Of a stretch of DNA of 64,000 bases, positions 38,401 to 46,394 are shown in pieces. The stretch is from a virus. Its lineage: Duplodnaviria; Heunggongvirae; Uroviricota; Caudoviricetes. A model generated the notes under the pieces. It did not search any database, had not been told where the DNA came from, and worked only from the letters and a program-made list of their open reading frames with translations. Every line of letters begins with the position of its first letter. The stretch's first letter is position 1. The position numbers and the translations under genes were made by a program. The stretch spans positions 243,595 through 307,594 of the IMG/VR virus record IMGVR_UViG_3300033405_000002; one strand, written 5' to 3'.

Positions 38401-39453
38401 GCTACGGTGGAAGAACCATTCCAAGAGCCGAACTGGACGGAGATCGCCGAGACCGAGCTTGAGAACGAACGTGCAGAACGCGGCATTGAGCCGGAGTCCA
38501 AGACGATCACCGACAAGGACAAAGAGCTAGGTAAAAGCATGGGAATCAAGATGGAGTCCTCGCGCAAGAAGGCAGGAGAAGGTATGGCAAAAACAGAAGA
38601 GCAACTCGAAAAGGAAGCAGGATTCAATTTCTTCTTCCCCGGACAGGTACTCAAAGAGTTCTACCCGGAAATCCAGCATGAAATCGTGGATTACCCGAAC
38701 GCCACGAACCAACCGATGAACACGGTGAACCCGGAGATCGTCGGCGAGACGCCGCAAGGCGACCTCGAAGGTATGCTTGACAGCGCACTGGACACGTCCG
38801 TGGTTGAAATGATCCAGTTACCGGGAGACATCGGTGATGTTGAGCCGCTAGAAATGGCGGCGTCCAAGCAAGCGGCAGATTACGTTTCCACCGACGTCGG
38901 GGGGAGCATGGGCATTGGTCGCGACGGCAAACCTGAAGTTCTCGAAGGCGCACCGCTCCGCAAAGAGAACGACATCCGTGGCTACATGTTCACGGACGAG
39001 TTCTACGGTCAATATGATGGCGTTAATGGCGCAGCGTTGCAGGTTGCCAGCATGAAGACGGCAGCCGGGGACGAGCCAAGACAGTTCGCTATGTTCTTGA
39101 AGCGTGTCTGCGGAGAAATCTGTGCAACGATGATCGCAGCGTTCAAGGTTACGAGCCGTCCGTTACTGGACAAGGTTCCGGGCGTTGGTGAAATCCAGCT
39201 AGATCAGATCGAACAAGGCTCACAGCCTATGCCGATGGGCGTTTCCACGCAAGGTGGTCGCGTGAAATACCTGATGGACAAGCTGAATGACGGCGACATC
39301 AAGGCAGCAATCAACGAAGCGTGGGCGCAAGGCGCGGTGTGGCATGACGGCGCTAACGGCGGATTTGTGTATGAAGTATTCGTCCGCCCAGAGACAATCG
39401 ACACGGACAGCATGAAGATGGTCTACAAGTTCGTGTGCGGCACGAGAGAATAA
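35434..39453 (+). CDS. Large mosaic polyprotein with tandem SWIM Zn fingers and KxA motifs
   Basis: 1339 aa; two CxCPGW...CKHL repeats, a wHTH-like segment and Zn ribbons. Confidence 0.8.
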   Translation: MTQSKYAIKGIHVFFGGKLHTAKDYVDASMQFTGWRDANGLGASDLSAKDGTIYVDGEKKARVSYNGRIWDLATGSSISASLRDKCNKISKMNLPRAIAEMEKLLDQTGSQEARDAVNYLREMAGMEPLKSKQEKIPGMGEPKAQPSGALVVVPANALVMPDNAAWTNRFKIKSESSDRMYTIAQNKKGRFWGCDCPGWVGHGGQQCKHLRALGLPGNRKPFEASLKLPAGGGAKEEPKEEKRYEQQRVFTRPPQQESEGGLAVVRVPSDSEIMPDNASWTNRFQIKSETSDRLYTIAQNKHRKYWACSCPGWIGHRKCKHLTALGLPNKEQPFEATLKQGSKKMGAGSWLDPEGKLPPAPDYFNQNYERVGDNKARCKRCGEDVICNIVGLGEHDRMAHPKKTSAELMHSDNDLNLKMEPATPTSAPQVPGPEAGPSNDELHASGHAENGENGSPVFDGKMKHPERQNVNAIREALETQVEMEVGKPIQQKQEEMAIKEKVQDAAMAKGLEPGQVAPGAAEVTAKPGTQIIINVASENIEAPSIGGEHQDGATAGHAGGAFGGTDLEGPSFHVGFVLKGHHREVSFSSLAAADKFVKEATTKFKIAGNWTMKCPWCGGQASKDKPMDTWKCDCGWTSDKDSKKADGPIPMRDQKQAADADPAKRQLVLEMLKQGPKTTGELEKALGGGKYTNLAYPVMQALAQEGLVKHKKMRWELKQASEMTWHEAKEVFAKNAGYLTIDEVKKAGQEYLKMVRTAAIRVSQGQDDQGFHMLVDMNGREYVLRGQDADAFRREYAAIPKPEAAVNKLVEKYLWKLQPYKKQQIQHPTPDKTRAEGLADSDAYWSGHEKGPNDYKRYMTPGGWAKGQHASKNAYYDPEGVEGYSNYSTYYMHVLMHNEPMSDNIMHQLVEHAIETGETAEQLGQKYQKFFKKQLRQMKREHDENAAEIRQDRGAHERRQLTGEPLPSTGEYAKDMANELWDMRHEVGMATVEEPFQEPNWTEIAETELENERAERGIEPESKTITDKDKELGKSMGIKMESSRKKAGEGMAKTEEQLEKEAGFNFFFPGQVLKEFYPEIQHEIVDYPNATNQPMNTVNPEIVGETPQGDLEGMLDSALDTSVVEMIQLPGDIGDVEPLEMAASKQAADYVSTDVGGSMGIGRDGKPEVLEGAPLRKENDIRGYMFTDEFYGQYDGVNGAALQVASMKTAAGDEPRQFAMFLKRVCGEICATMIAAFKVTSRPLLDKVPGVGEIQLDQIEQGSQPMPMGVSTQGGRVKYLMDKLNDGDIKAAINEAWAQGAVWHDGANGGFVYEVFVRPETIDTDSMKMVYKFVCGTRE

Positions 39454-39456
39454 CCG

Positions 39457-39690
39457 ATGGAAGTTTACTTGGTTTGGACGCTGAAAAGCGATCAGTACGG
39501 AACATCAGACCTCAACGGCGTGTATGCTTCAGACACACTCGCCAATGCGGTTGCTGAACGTATCAATCGAACTGGCGGTTACGCCACTGTCCAACCGCTT
39601 CCAGTGCTAACAGAGGACTTAGGTAAACGGGCGTCCGAGATTGTCAAAGAAGCTAACGCCGCTTCCAGTGCTAACAGAGGACTTAGGTAA
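39457..39690 (+). CDS. Small hypothetical protein, C-terminus altered by a tandem duplication
   Basis: 77 aa; frame shifted by the 64-bp duplication. Confidence 0.6.
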   Translation: MEVYLVWTLKSDQYGTSDLNGVYASDTLANAVAERINRTGGYATVQPLPVLTEDLGKRASEIVKEANAASSANRGLR

Positions 39691-39727
39691 ACGGGCGTCC
39701 GAGATTGTCAAAGAAGCTAACGCCGCT
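39595..39727. repeat. Exact 64-bp tandem duplication
   Basis: 39600-39663 identical to 39664-39727; CCGCT at 39595, 39659 and 39723. Confidence 0.95.
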
Positions 39728-39750
39728 ATCGCGAAGCATACGAGGAAACA

Positions 39751-40128
39751 ATGATCCGCAGATTTGCAAGCACTGGTTTCGCCAAGACAGGCGCGGTGCA
39801 AGAAGGCTATCCCGTTCAATCTCGCGACTGGCATGAGGTCGTTGATGAGTTGGACACTCGCCTTGAGGCTCTAACTGAGTCTGAAGAAGAAGAGGCGATT
39901 GTTGACTTGTGGTTGGAAGACCCGCGTTCTTTCATGGAAGGCGAGATCAATCCGAGCCACATGCACACAGGTTCTATGGTGCGCCGCCTGCAAACTGGTG
40001 GTATGGGTTTGCAACGCCATAGTGACGTGCAACACAAGACTGCATCCGCTTCGAATTGGGATCAGGAATTCGCTGATGCTAAAGCACACGCAGCATCGGT
40101 GCTGAGCAAATTAGGAAACGGGAGATAA
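39751..40128 (+). CDS. Hypothetical protein with KxA motifs
   Basis: 125 aa; RFAS, KTGA, KTAS. Confidence 0.7.
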   Translation: MIRRFASTGFAKTGAVQEGYPVQSRDWHEVVDELDTRLEALTESEEEEAIVDLWLEDPRSFMEGEINPSHMHTGSMVRRLQTGGMGLQRHSDVQHKTASASNWDQEFADAKAHAASVLSKLGNGR

Positions 40129-40130
40129 GT

Positions 40131-40220
40131 ATGAAGCTACCTTGGGGTTTGTCTTGGTTTGATGCAATTATCGCGCTTGCCGTGATAGTGTGCGTGATTT
40201 ATGTGCTTGCCGTCCATTAA
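40131..40220 (+). CDS. 29-aa membrane peptide
   Basis: MKLPWGLSWFDAIIALAVIVCVIYVLAVH; RBS GGAG. Confidence 0.55.
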   Translation: MKLPWGLSWFDAIIALAVIVCVIYVLAVH

Positions 40221-40284
40221 GTGAAGGACGATTTATGGGCATAAAAATTCCCTGCGTGGACACGCAAAATCAAGGACTATAAAA

Positions 40285-41067
40285 ATGAATCACGGAGCAC
40301 TCGGTAAGAAAAACGCTCGCTTTGACTCGCGCACACTTAAACTCGCCCACTACAAAACAGCAACTTACGTCCCACCGCCTTTCTTCGACAACACACTTGG
40401 CATGAAGTCATTCGGCATGATGCTGAATGGTCCGAACAGCTACGTGGGCACGGGCAGCGCGTACATTGACCAAGGCATCGGCGATTGCACAATTGCTGCC
40501 GTTGGTCATGCGATCCAAATTTTCACCAAGAACACCATCACCCCGCCTGACTCTCTGATTCTCCAGAAGTACGAACAGTGGGATGGTTTTGACATCAACA
40601 ACCCACAGGCAACAGACAACGGCGGCGAGTGCTTGACTGTTCTGACAGACTGGAAGAACCAGACCTTCGGCGGACACGTGCTTAAAGGCTTCGTTGATCC
40701 ACAGCCACAAAACTTCGGTCACATCATGCACAGCATCGCTGAATTCGGCGGCGTGTACATCGGACTTCAACTTCCGATGTCTGCACAGACGCAGATCAAC
40801 GCTGGTCAGATTTGGGATGTGGTTGCGGATGACGGCGGCGTGTGGGGTGGTCACTGTGTGTTCTGCCCAGCCTACCACGTCAAGGACACAATGGCGAGCG
40901 GTGCAAACACCATCACGTGCATTACGTGGGGCGGCTTGCAGAAGATGACTGTTGCGTTCTGGGATAAATACTGCGATGAGAGCCACACGCTTCTAGCATC
41001 TGCTTGGCAGCCGAAGGGTATTGCTCTGGCACAACTTTGGGCGGACTTGCAGTCCATCAACGGCTAA
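40285..41067 (+). CDS. Papain-like cysteine peptidase
   Basis: GDCTIAA (Cys), DNGG, WGGHCV (His), ITWG. Confidence 0.75.
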   Translation: MNHGALGKKNARFDSRTLKLAHYKTATYVPPPFFDNTLGMKSFGMMLNGPNSYVGTGSAYIDQGIGDCTIAAVGHAIQIFTKNTITPPDSLILQKYEQWDGFDINNPQATDNGGECLTVLTDWKNQTFGGHVLKGFVDPQPQNFGHIMHSIAEFGGVYIGLQLPMSAQTQINAGQIWDVVADDGGVWGGHCVFCPAYHVKDTMASGANTITCITWGGLQKMTVAFWDKYCDESHTLLASAWQPKGIALAQLWADLQSING

Positions 41068-41068
41068 C

Positions 41069-41193
41069 TGAAATATGGACTCAGGGGCTTCGGCCGCGAG
41101 TCGATAATGGGACGCCGGACCTCTCACGCCGCGTCCCGCAAATTTGAACGAAATATGGACGCCATGAGGCACCTCTAACCTTTACGCGTCGAT
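41069..41193 (+). ncRNA. Candidate structured RNA: three related hairpins
   Basis: GAAATATG-GACTC...GAGTC-GAT and GAAATATG-GACGC...GCGTC-GAT (80 nt apart, compensatory change); middle GGGACGC...GCGTCCC. Confidence 0.45.
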
Positions 41194-41196
41194 CAA

Positions 41197-41229
41197 GGGG
41201 CCGTGAATCTACGCACGGCCCCATTTTTC
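41197..41229 (+). terminator. Rho-independent terminator
   Basis: GGGGCCGTG-aatctacg-CACGGCCCC-ATTTTT. Confidence 0.8.
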
Positions 41230-41267
41230 CAATAATTAAGCCAATACGCACCCCTTATGTAGAGAAT

Positions 41268-43373
41268 ATGCCGCCAATCAGTAGGAACAAGCGGTTTTCA
41301 CAAGCCGCAAAGAACAGCATCTTCGGCGCGTCCATCGCAGAAGGCATTGAAGACCCGTCAAAAATCATGGACGCCATCGAGTTCATCGAGGGCCCAAACG
41401 GTATCGGGATAGTTCTGCGTCCTGTCCAGCGCGTCATCGTCAAAGCGATTTATGGCGTGCCGTTCGACAAGAAGTACGCGTGGGCTGACCGCATCCCGCA
41501 GTGGGGTCTGGTGCCGATGTATGACATCTACCGCGACAAGAAGTTGCGTCCCGATGTCACTGAAGAAGAATATCTCCACATCACTTATAATGAAGGCCGT
41601 GGAAATATTGACAACTGGCAGGACATCCCAGCGGAAGGCTTCAACGAAGCTTGTATCTTTGCCGGACGCCGTGGCGGAAAATCAGAACTCGTCGCCGCCA
41701 TCGCTTGCTACAAGCTGTATCTGCTGCTGAACATCAGAAGCCCGCAGGAATACTTCGGCTTGGTCAGTGGTTCCAACATTGACTTCACATTCTTGGCGCA
41801 GGACGAAAAGGGCGCTGGGCGCTTGTTCAAGAAGCTGCGTGAACAGGTCAATCGTGCCTCTTGGTTTGCTCCGTATCTGCGTGACAACAACACCAAAGAT
41901 TTATCTTTCGTTTCGTTGGCTGACCGCGAGCAGCGCGACATCAATCCTACAATTCAAGTTTCATGTCTGCCTTGCACTACGAACGCTGTACGTTCGCCTT
42001 CGTCTGTGTTTCTAGCTCTGGACGAGTTCGCTCACTTCCGTTCTGCCAAAGGTTCAACGTCAGACGATATGTACGCCGCCGCAACGCCGTCTACTGGTGA
42101 CTTCCACCACGAAGTGAAAGGTGCGTCCCCATTTGGCGGAAGCGCCGCTGAGCCGGACATAGAAGAAGAGACCGAAGAGCCGGAAGAGTTAATGGAGTTT
42201 GAGGATGCGAACGAAAAAGTTGAAATCCAAGACTCGATGATTCTCTCCATTTCATCGCCTCTAAAAAAGATCGGTAAGATGTACGAACTTCACCGCCTAG
42301 CAATTGATGAAGGCGTGAGTTCCGGCATTTTCACACTGAACGTGCCATCAGCCGAGATGAACCCGAAGCTGCTGCCAAAGTTCTTGAAGTCTGAGTACAA
42401 AAAGAACCCGCTCACGTTCAAAGCTGAGTACGGCGGCAAGTTCTTGGAATCGTCCGAATCGTATGTGACGGAAACCGCAGTCAAAGCTTGCACTGACGTG
42501 CAGTGGGACGAGAAGGGTCTTCCAATCGAATCATCCGCACGCCTTAACATCATGCGCTTCGTGCCGAAGAGCATCGGCGTGAACTATTTCTGGGGTTTCG
42601 ATCTTGGTATGACGAACGACGCATCAGCGCTCGCTATTGCCCACCTTGAACCCGGTGGACCTCACGGAAGCATCAAGCTGGTCTACGATTACATTGACCG
42701 CATGATGGTTGGTGAGGCGGGCGAATGGCCCGGAGTTGTCAATGGGATCGGACAGCAGAAGTATAAGAACTACCAAGTGCTCCCGCTTGAAGATATTCTC
42801 GCTTGGTTGCGCGAGATGAACAAAGCTCTGCCTTGCTTTAAGGGCGCGACTGACCAACACGGCGGTCAGCAGCTTGTTCAGCTTCTCGAATTGAACGAGA
42901 TCAGGAACATGGAACTCGTCAACCTGACCCCGGCGATCAACTCGCAGATGGCGTATGCACTTCGCGGTTACATTGAGAACAAGCTATGCTCGTTCCCGCT
43001 CGTGCCAAAGTTCATCCAAGAACTGAAGCTGGTTGAACTCGAAGTAGCGTCCAAGTACCAGATTCGTGTCGCAGCCCCACAGGAAAAGGGCGCACACGAT
43101 GACATGGCGGACGCTGCGATGTTGTGCGCGTTCTTGGCGCAGCGCTGGTTGATCGAAGAAGGAAACTTGCACATGGACCCAAGCGGTCTGAGCCTGCTCA
43201 TGCAGTCCCATCAGCACCTAGCGCCAACTCCGCTACTTAGTCTTGATGGCGTGCCTCTTCAAACTCTGCGTGTGATGGACAAGTTAAGAAGCACCGAAAA
43301 ACATGCAAATTTCTATAGCGGTGTTGCTCCGGTTAGCCCTTGGCACAAGCGCGGTGGACGCCGGGGCCGATAA
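41268..43373 (+). CDS. terL: Terminase large subunit
   Basis: Walker A AGRRGGKS, Walker B LALDE, motif ISSP, RNase H-like FWGFDLG and C-terminal HDDMAD. Confidence 0.92.
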   Translation: MPPISRNKRFSQAAKNSIFGASIAEGIEDPSKIMDAIEFIEGPNGIGIVLRPVQRVIVKAIYGVPFDKKYAWADRIPQWGLVPMYDIYRDKKLRPDVTEEEYLHITYNEGRGNIDNWQDIPAEGFNEACIFAGRRGGKSELVAAIACYKLYLLLNIRSPQEYFGLVSGSNIDFTFLAQDEKGAGRLFKKLREQVNRASWFAPYLRDNNTKDLSFVSLADREQRDINPTIQVSCLPCTTNAVRSPSSVFLALDEFAHFRSAKGSTSDDMYAAATPSTGDFHHEVKGASPFGGSAAEPDIEEETEEPEELMEFEDANEKVEIQDSMILSISSPLKKIGKMYELHRLAIDEGVSSGIFTLNVPSAEMNPKLLPKFLKSEYKKNPLTFKAEYGGKFLESSESYVTETAVKACTDVQWDEKGLPIESSARLNIMRFVPKSIGVNYFWGFDLGMTNDASALAIAHLEPGGPHGSIKLVYDYIDRMMVGEAGEWPGVVNGIGQQKYKNYQVLPLEDILAWLREMNKALPCFKGATDQHGGQQLVQLLELNEIRNMELVNLTPAINSQMAYALRGYIENKLCSFPLVPKFIQELKLVELEVASKYQIRVAAPQEKGAHDDMADAAMLCAFLAQRWLIEEGNLHMDPSGLSLLMQSHQHLAPTPLLSLDGVPLQTLRVMDKLRSTEKHANFYSGVAPVSPWHKRGGRRGR

Positions 43374-43428
43374 AATTCCCTACTACAGCCTCCATTTATA
43401 GCGGCAGCCAAAGTCGCAGAGGAGAGCC

Positions 43429-43824
43429 ATGTTCTTTCAAGCAGACCCAGTTTCAGCCATCCAAGAATTCGGCCCTTACGTGGGCGGTGTTGTCGTCTGC
43501 GCCGGACTATTTATCTGGAACACAATCCAGATGAACGCGATCAACCGCAACCTTGAAGCCAACACTAAGGCAATCACTGACAGCAATACGGAACTCAAGG
43601 GTCAGCTAGAAAGCCAAGTGCAGGCTCAGCACGATCTTGCCAACAGCGTTCACCAACTAGCCGACGCTATCCATCACCAAGCAGAAGTCGCCGCCGAAGA
43701 ACTGGGCATCGTGCGTGAAGTGCTCTCCAAACAGGACGTTCTAGCCGCCAACCAGACCACAATCATGACCAACTTCCAGCGCGTGGTTGAGCAACTTATT
43801 TCCGTGGTCAGGGGGGAAAAGTAA
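43429..43824 (+). CDS. Membrane-anchored coiled-coil protein (holin/spanin-like candidate)
   Basis: N-terminal TM YVGGVVVCAGLFIW, then coiled coil; RBS GAGGAG. Confidence 0.55.
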   Translation: MFFQADPVSAIQEFGPYVGGVVVCAGLFIWNTIQMNAINRNLEANTKAITDSNTELKGQLESQVQAQHDLANSVHQLADAIHHQAEVAAEELGIVREVLSKQDVLAANQTTIMTNFQRVVEQLISVVRGEK

Positions 43825-43825
43825 C

Positions 43826-44068
43826 ATGGCAAAGGCAGCACCATCTATTCTACCTTGCATCCCAAGCTCCTGCGCGATAGCGTCCGCCGCCTGCCGCAAC
43901 GCTCTCGAAGCAACCGTGGCGAAGTTTGAAGAAGCTCTCGAACAAGCAACACCCGCAACTATTCGGCGCAGAATCAAGAAGGCGAAAGACCTTGATCTGG
44001 ATTTTTCCTCCCCCGAAATCATTACGATTGAACAAGTTGCAAGCGCCGAAGACAAGGCAGAAAAATAG
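43826..44068 (+). CDS. Hypothetical protein
   Basis: ATG 43826 just after the previous stop. Confidence 0.55.
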   Translation: MAKAAPSILPCIPSSCAIASAACRNALEATVAKFEEALEQATPATIRRRIKKAKDLDLDFSSPEIITIEQVASAEDKAEK

Positions 44069-44089
44069 CTAATAATTTTCTGAATCTTC

Positions 44090-44118
44090 TTGACATTAGG
44101 CCGCATCTGATATACCAT
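44090..44118 (+). promoter_or_regulatory. Sigma70 promoter TTGACA-N17-TACCAT
   Basis: Consensus -35 and 17-bp spacer upstream of 44155. Confidence 0.8.
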
Positions 44119-44154
44119 TAGCCCTTGAAGTGACCCGTTTCCCACGGTTCAACT

Positions 44155-44355
44155 ATGAAGAAGAACATCGTTCTATCCGAGCGACAAAAACCCCGTGCTC
44201 TTGAAACCATGAAGAACATCTACGCGGCGCACTCTGCCACGTGTTCTGACGGCGCTTCCTGCCATTTCATGGTCAACCTGAAGAGAGAAATTAAATCTCT
44301 CGAAGGTCAGCTTGGTGCCGCCACGCTGGAAGTCAAGCACACTGTGGTAAAATAG
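44155..44355 (+). CDS. Small hypothetical early protein
   Basis: 66 aa downstream of the sigma70 promoter. Confidence 0.65.
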   Translation: MKKNIVLSERQKPRALETMKNIYAAHSATCSDGASCHFMVNLKREIKSLEGQLGAATLEVKHTVVK

Positions 44356-44431
44356 GCTCTGAATAATCGAGAAGGTAGGCGTCAGGAAACCGACTCCCTG
44401 AACGTCCGCCTCTTGCTTTCTGTGGAGGAAA

Positions 44432-45760
44432 ATGACAGTGGAAACCACAAAGTCGGTGAAAGTCTACGCACTCCAAAGCCCTGAATCCAAAATCCTTTTT
44501 CGTTTGGAAGACAAAGCTGAAGAAGCCGCCCTTATCTCATACGTGTACACGTTGACCGGGCCGCGCAGACCCCAACCGTCAGTTGAGCCAGAGAAAACAG
44601 TTTACAAAAATCTCCGTCCATGGAAGAAAGTTCCAGTGCCGCGCTACGTCGTGGTCGCCGAAAGTCAAGACCTGATCGGTTCCCTCGTGGTCGCGTGGGA
44701 TGGCAAAAAATCCCTTCAAGGCGATGCGCCGTGGGGCCGTCCGGTTATCGGGACTATCGCTGACAAGGCAGAAGACTGCTACACGATTAACGCCAACATC
44801 GAAGGAATCGCCGCCGCAGTACAGCTTGAAGAAGACCGCCGCCAGAAGGAAATCATCAAAGCCCAGAAGGAAGCAGCACAAGCACCCGCCCCGCCGCCAG
44901 AACCAGTGGTTGTGATTGAGCCGCCAGTTCAGGAACCAGAACCAGTAATGGTCAGCGGCACACCCTACAAAGATGAACCGCAGGAGCCGTACACGGGCGA
45001 TCCTTTTACCGTGAGCGCCGATGGTCATTTCGTTGGAGACGACGGGTTCGTTGTGCCGCGCAACTTCGATGAGTTCTATGAGCGGTATCCGAAGTACATC
45101 ATGAATTGGGTCAAGAAAAGACTCAACCGTTTCCAAGTAGATGAAGATGTGGAAGACTGGTCGCAAGACTTGATTATCCACATGAAGTTCTTGCCGCAAG
45201 GCTCGAAGCACCGTCAGCCGGGGGCCAACGGTCGTGAAGTTGGTTGTCAGGATGTGATCGAAACGTTCAACCCGTATCAGCAATACGGCGCTTCGGAACG
45301 CCGCTTCCGCTACTACGTCAATTTCTGTCTCGCCAACAAGTTCAACACCGTGCAATCAAAGCGGCAGAAGAACCCTGTGTGCCGTCCGGGAAACTTGGCG
45401 TTCGGCGCAGCGGCGGACATTGACGAAGTGCATGGTCAGGGAGATGAGTTCATTCATTCAAACTCGTCGCACCTTACTGCGCTGGCGGAACGCAAGGAAA
45501 AGCAGCATGACGACCGCCTGTATACGAACCAGTTCAAACGCTTTGTGAAGAAGGAAGACCCCACGGTCTATCCGGCTATCGAAGCGCTGGAAGCTACAGG
45601 GCCGATGGGGGAAGCCGCCGCGTATATGGGTGTTTCTGAGCAGGAGTTTACACGGCTGCGAGCACGCTTGAAGCAGCTTGGCGAATGCTTTCTCCAGAAG
45701 TCAGTTGTCCCCAAGCAGCGGAAGCCATACAAAAAACGCACGGCCGCGAGTCAATCGTAA
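44432..45760 (+). CDS. ECF-like sigma factor with long N-terminal extension
   Basis: FDEFYERY...EDVEDWSQDLII (region 2), FRYYVNFCLANKF, C-terminal HTH MGEAAAYMGVSEQEFTRLRARL. Confidence 0.65.
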   Translation: MTVETTKSVKVYALQSPESKILFRLEDKAEEAALISYVYTLTGPRRPQPSVEPEKTVYKNLRPWKKVPVPRYVVVAESQDLIGSLVVAWDGKKSLQGDAPWGRPVIGTIADKAEDCYTINANIEGIAAAVQLEEDRRQKEIIKAQKEAAQAPAPPPEPVVVIEPPVQEPEPVMVSGTPYKDEPQEPYTGDPFTVSADGHFVGDDGFVVPRNFDEFYERYPKYIMNWVKKRLNRFQVDEDVEDWSQDLIIHMKFLPQGSKHRQPGANGREVGCQDVIETFNPYQQYGASERRFRYYVNFCLANKFNTVQSKRQKNPVCRPGNLAFGAAADIDEVHGQGDEFIHSNSSHLTALAERKEKQHDDRLYTNQFKRFVKKEDPTVYPAIEALEATGPMGEAAAYMGVSEQEFTRLRARLKQLGECFLQKSVVPKQRKPYKKRTAASQS

Positions 45761-45792
45761 CCGCTTTGGCATCTAAGTAGCTGGAGGCTCTC

Positions 45793-46011
45793 ATGTCCAA
45801 GGCAAATCCGAATTGGGGAAAACCTGAAGTTGGACCCGTTGTAGTGGAATTGACGCTCTTCGAGAAGAAGGTCGCAGAGCTTCAGCTTCAGCCGGATGAA
45901 TACGTTACGTCCGAAGCCCTGCGCGTCTGGGTGCGTGAGCACCGCAATACGCACTACGTGCCGGAACCCTTGCTGGAAGCATGGGGATTTGTGATCGACA
46001 CTTCATTTTGA
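45793..46011 (+). CDS. Small conserved hypothetical protein (Acidobacteriota-like, from memory)
   Basis: FEKKVAELQLQPDEYVTSEALRVWVREHRNTHYVPEPLLEAWG; RBS GGAGG. Confidence 0.7.
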   Translation: MSKANPNWGKPEVGPVVVELTLFEKKVAELQLQPDEYVTSEALRVWVREHRNTHYVPEPLLEAWGFVIDTSF

Positions 46012-46071
46012 CGCCGGAGTGTGGTATTCTGTAATTAGGCAGGCGAGAAGCCAATCCTATAGGAGATCAAC

Positions 46072-46308
46072 ATGGCAACAAAGGCAACCACGACCGGGTA
46101 CACTTCGTTCGAGCCGTTTATCGTCAACGTCCTCGCGAAGTATCCGTGCCGCACGATCCGTAATCTGTACACGTTTGCGAAGAAGCGCGACCTGAAGCTC
46201 GTTTCGACCAACAAGCATTGGGAGCGCAAGCTGCGCCGCGATGTGTTCAACCTCGTTCAAGAGGGTGTGGTTTACCACAACACAGACGGCACTTACGAAC
46301 TGGCGTAA
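46072..46308 (+). CDS. Small winged-helix-like protein
   Basis: 78 aa, RBS AGGAG; RRDVFNLVQEGVVYHNTDGTYEL wing pattern. Confidence 0.65.
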   Translation: MATKATTTGYTSFEPFIVNVLAKYPCRTIRNLYTFAKKRDLKLVSTNKHWERKLRRDVFNLVQEGVVYHNTDGTYELA

Positions 46309-46333
46309 GCCAACGACGTCGGTCAGCGATTTG

Positions 46334-46358
46334 AAAAGGCACCCATCGGGTGCCTTTT
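46334..46358. terminator. Terminator hairpin
   Basis: AAAAGGCACCC-atc-GGGTGCCTTTT. Confidence 0.85.
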
Positions 46359-46394
46359 CTGCTTTCTCCAGTATTAGACTGCTGGAGGGAACCC

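Noticed and set aside
39595-39727. CRISPR repeat-spacer
   Set aside because: Perfect head-to-tail duplication with no spacer.
41069-41222. Possible mini-CRISPR array, tRNA or tmRNA
   Set aside because: Only two partial repeats with internal variation, no cas genes, and no T-loop (GTTCRA) or CCA-terminated cloverleaf. Kept only as an ncRNA candidate.
42111-42230. Intein or intron in terL
   Set aside because: About 40 aa, no N-terminal Cys/Ser block or C-terminal His-Asn, and the frame is continuous.
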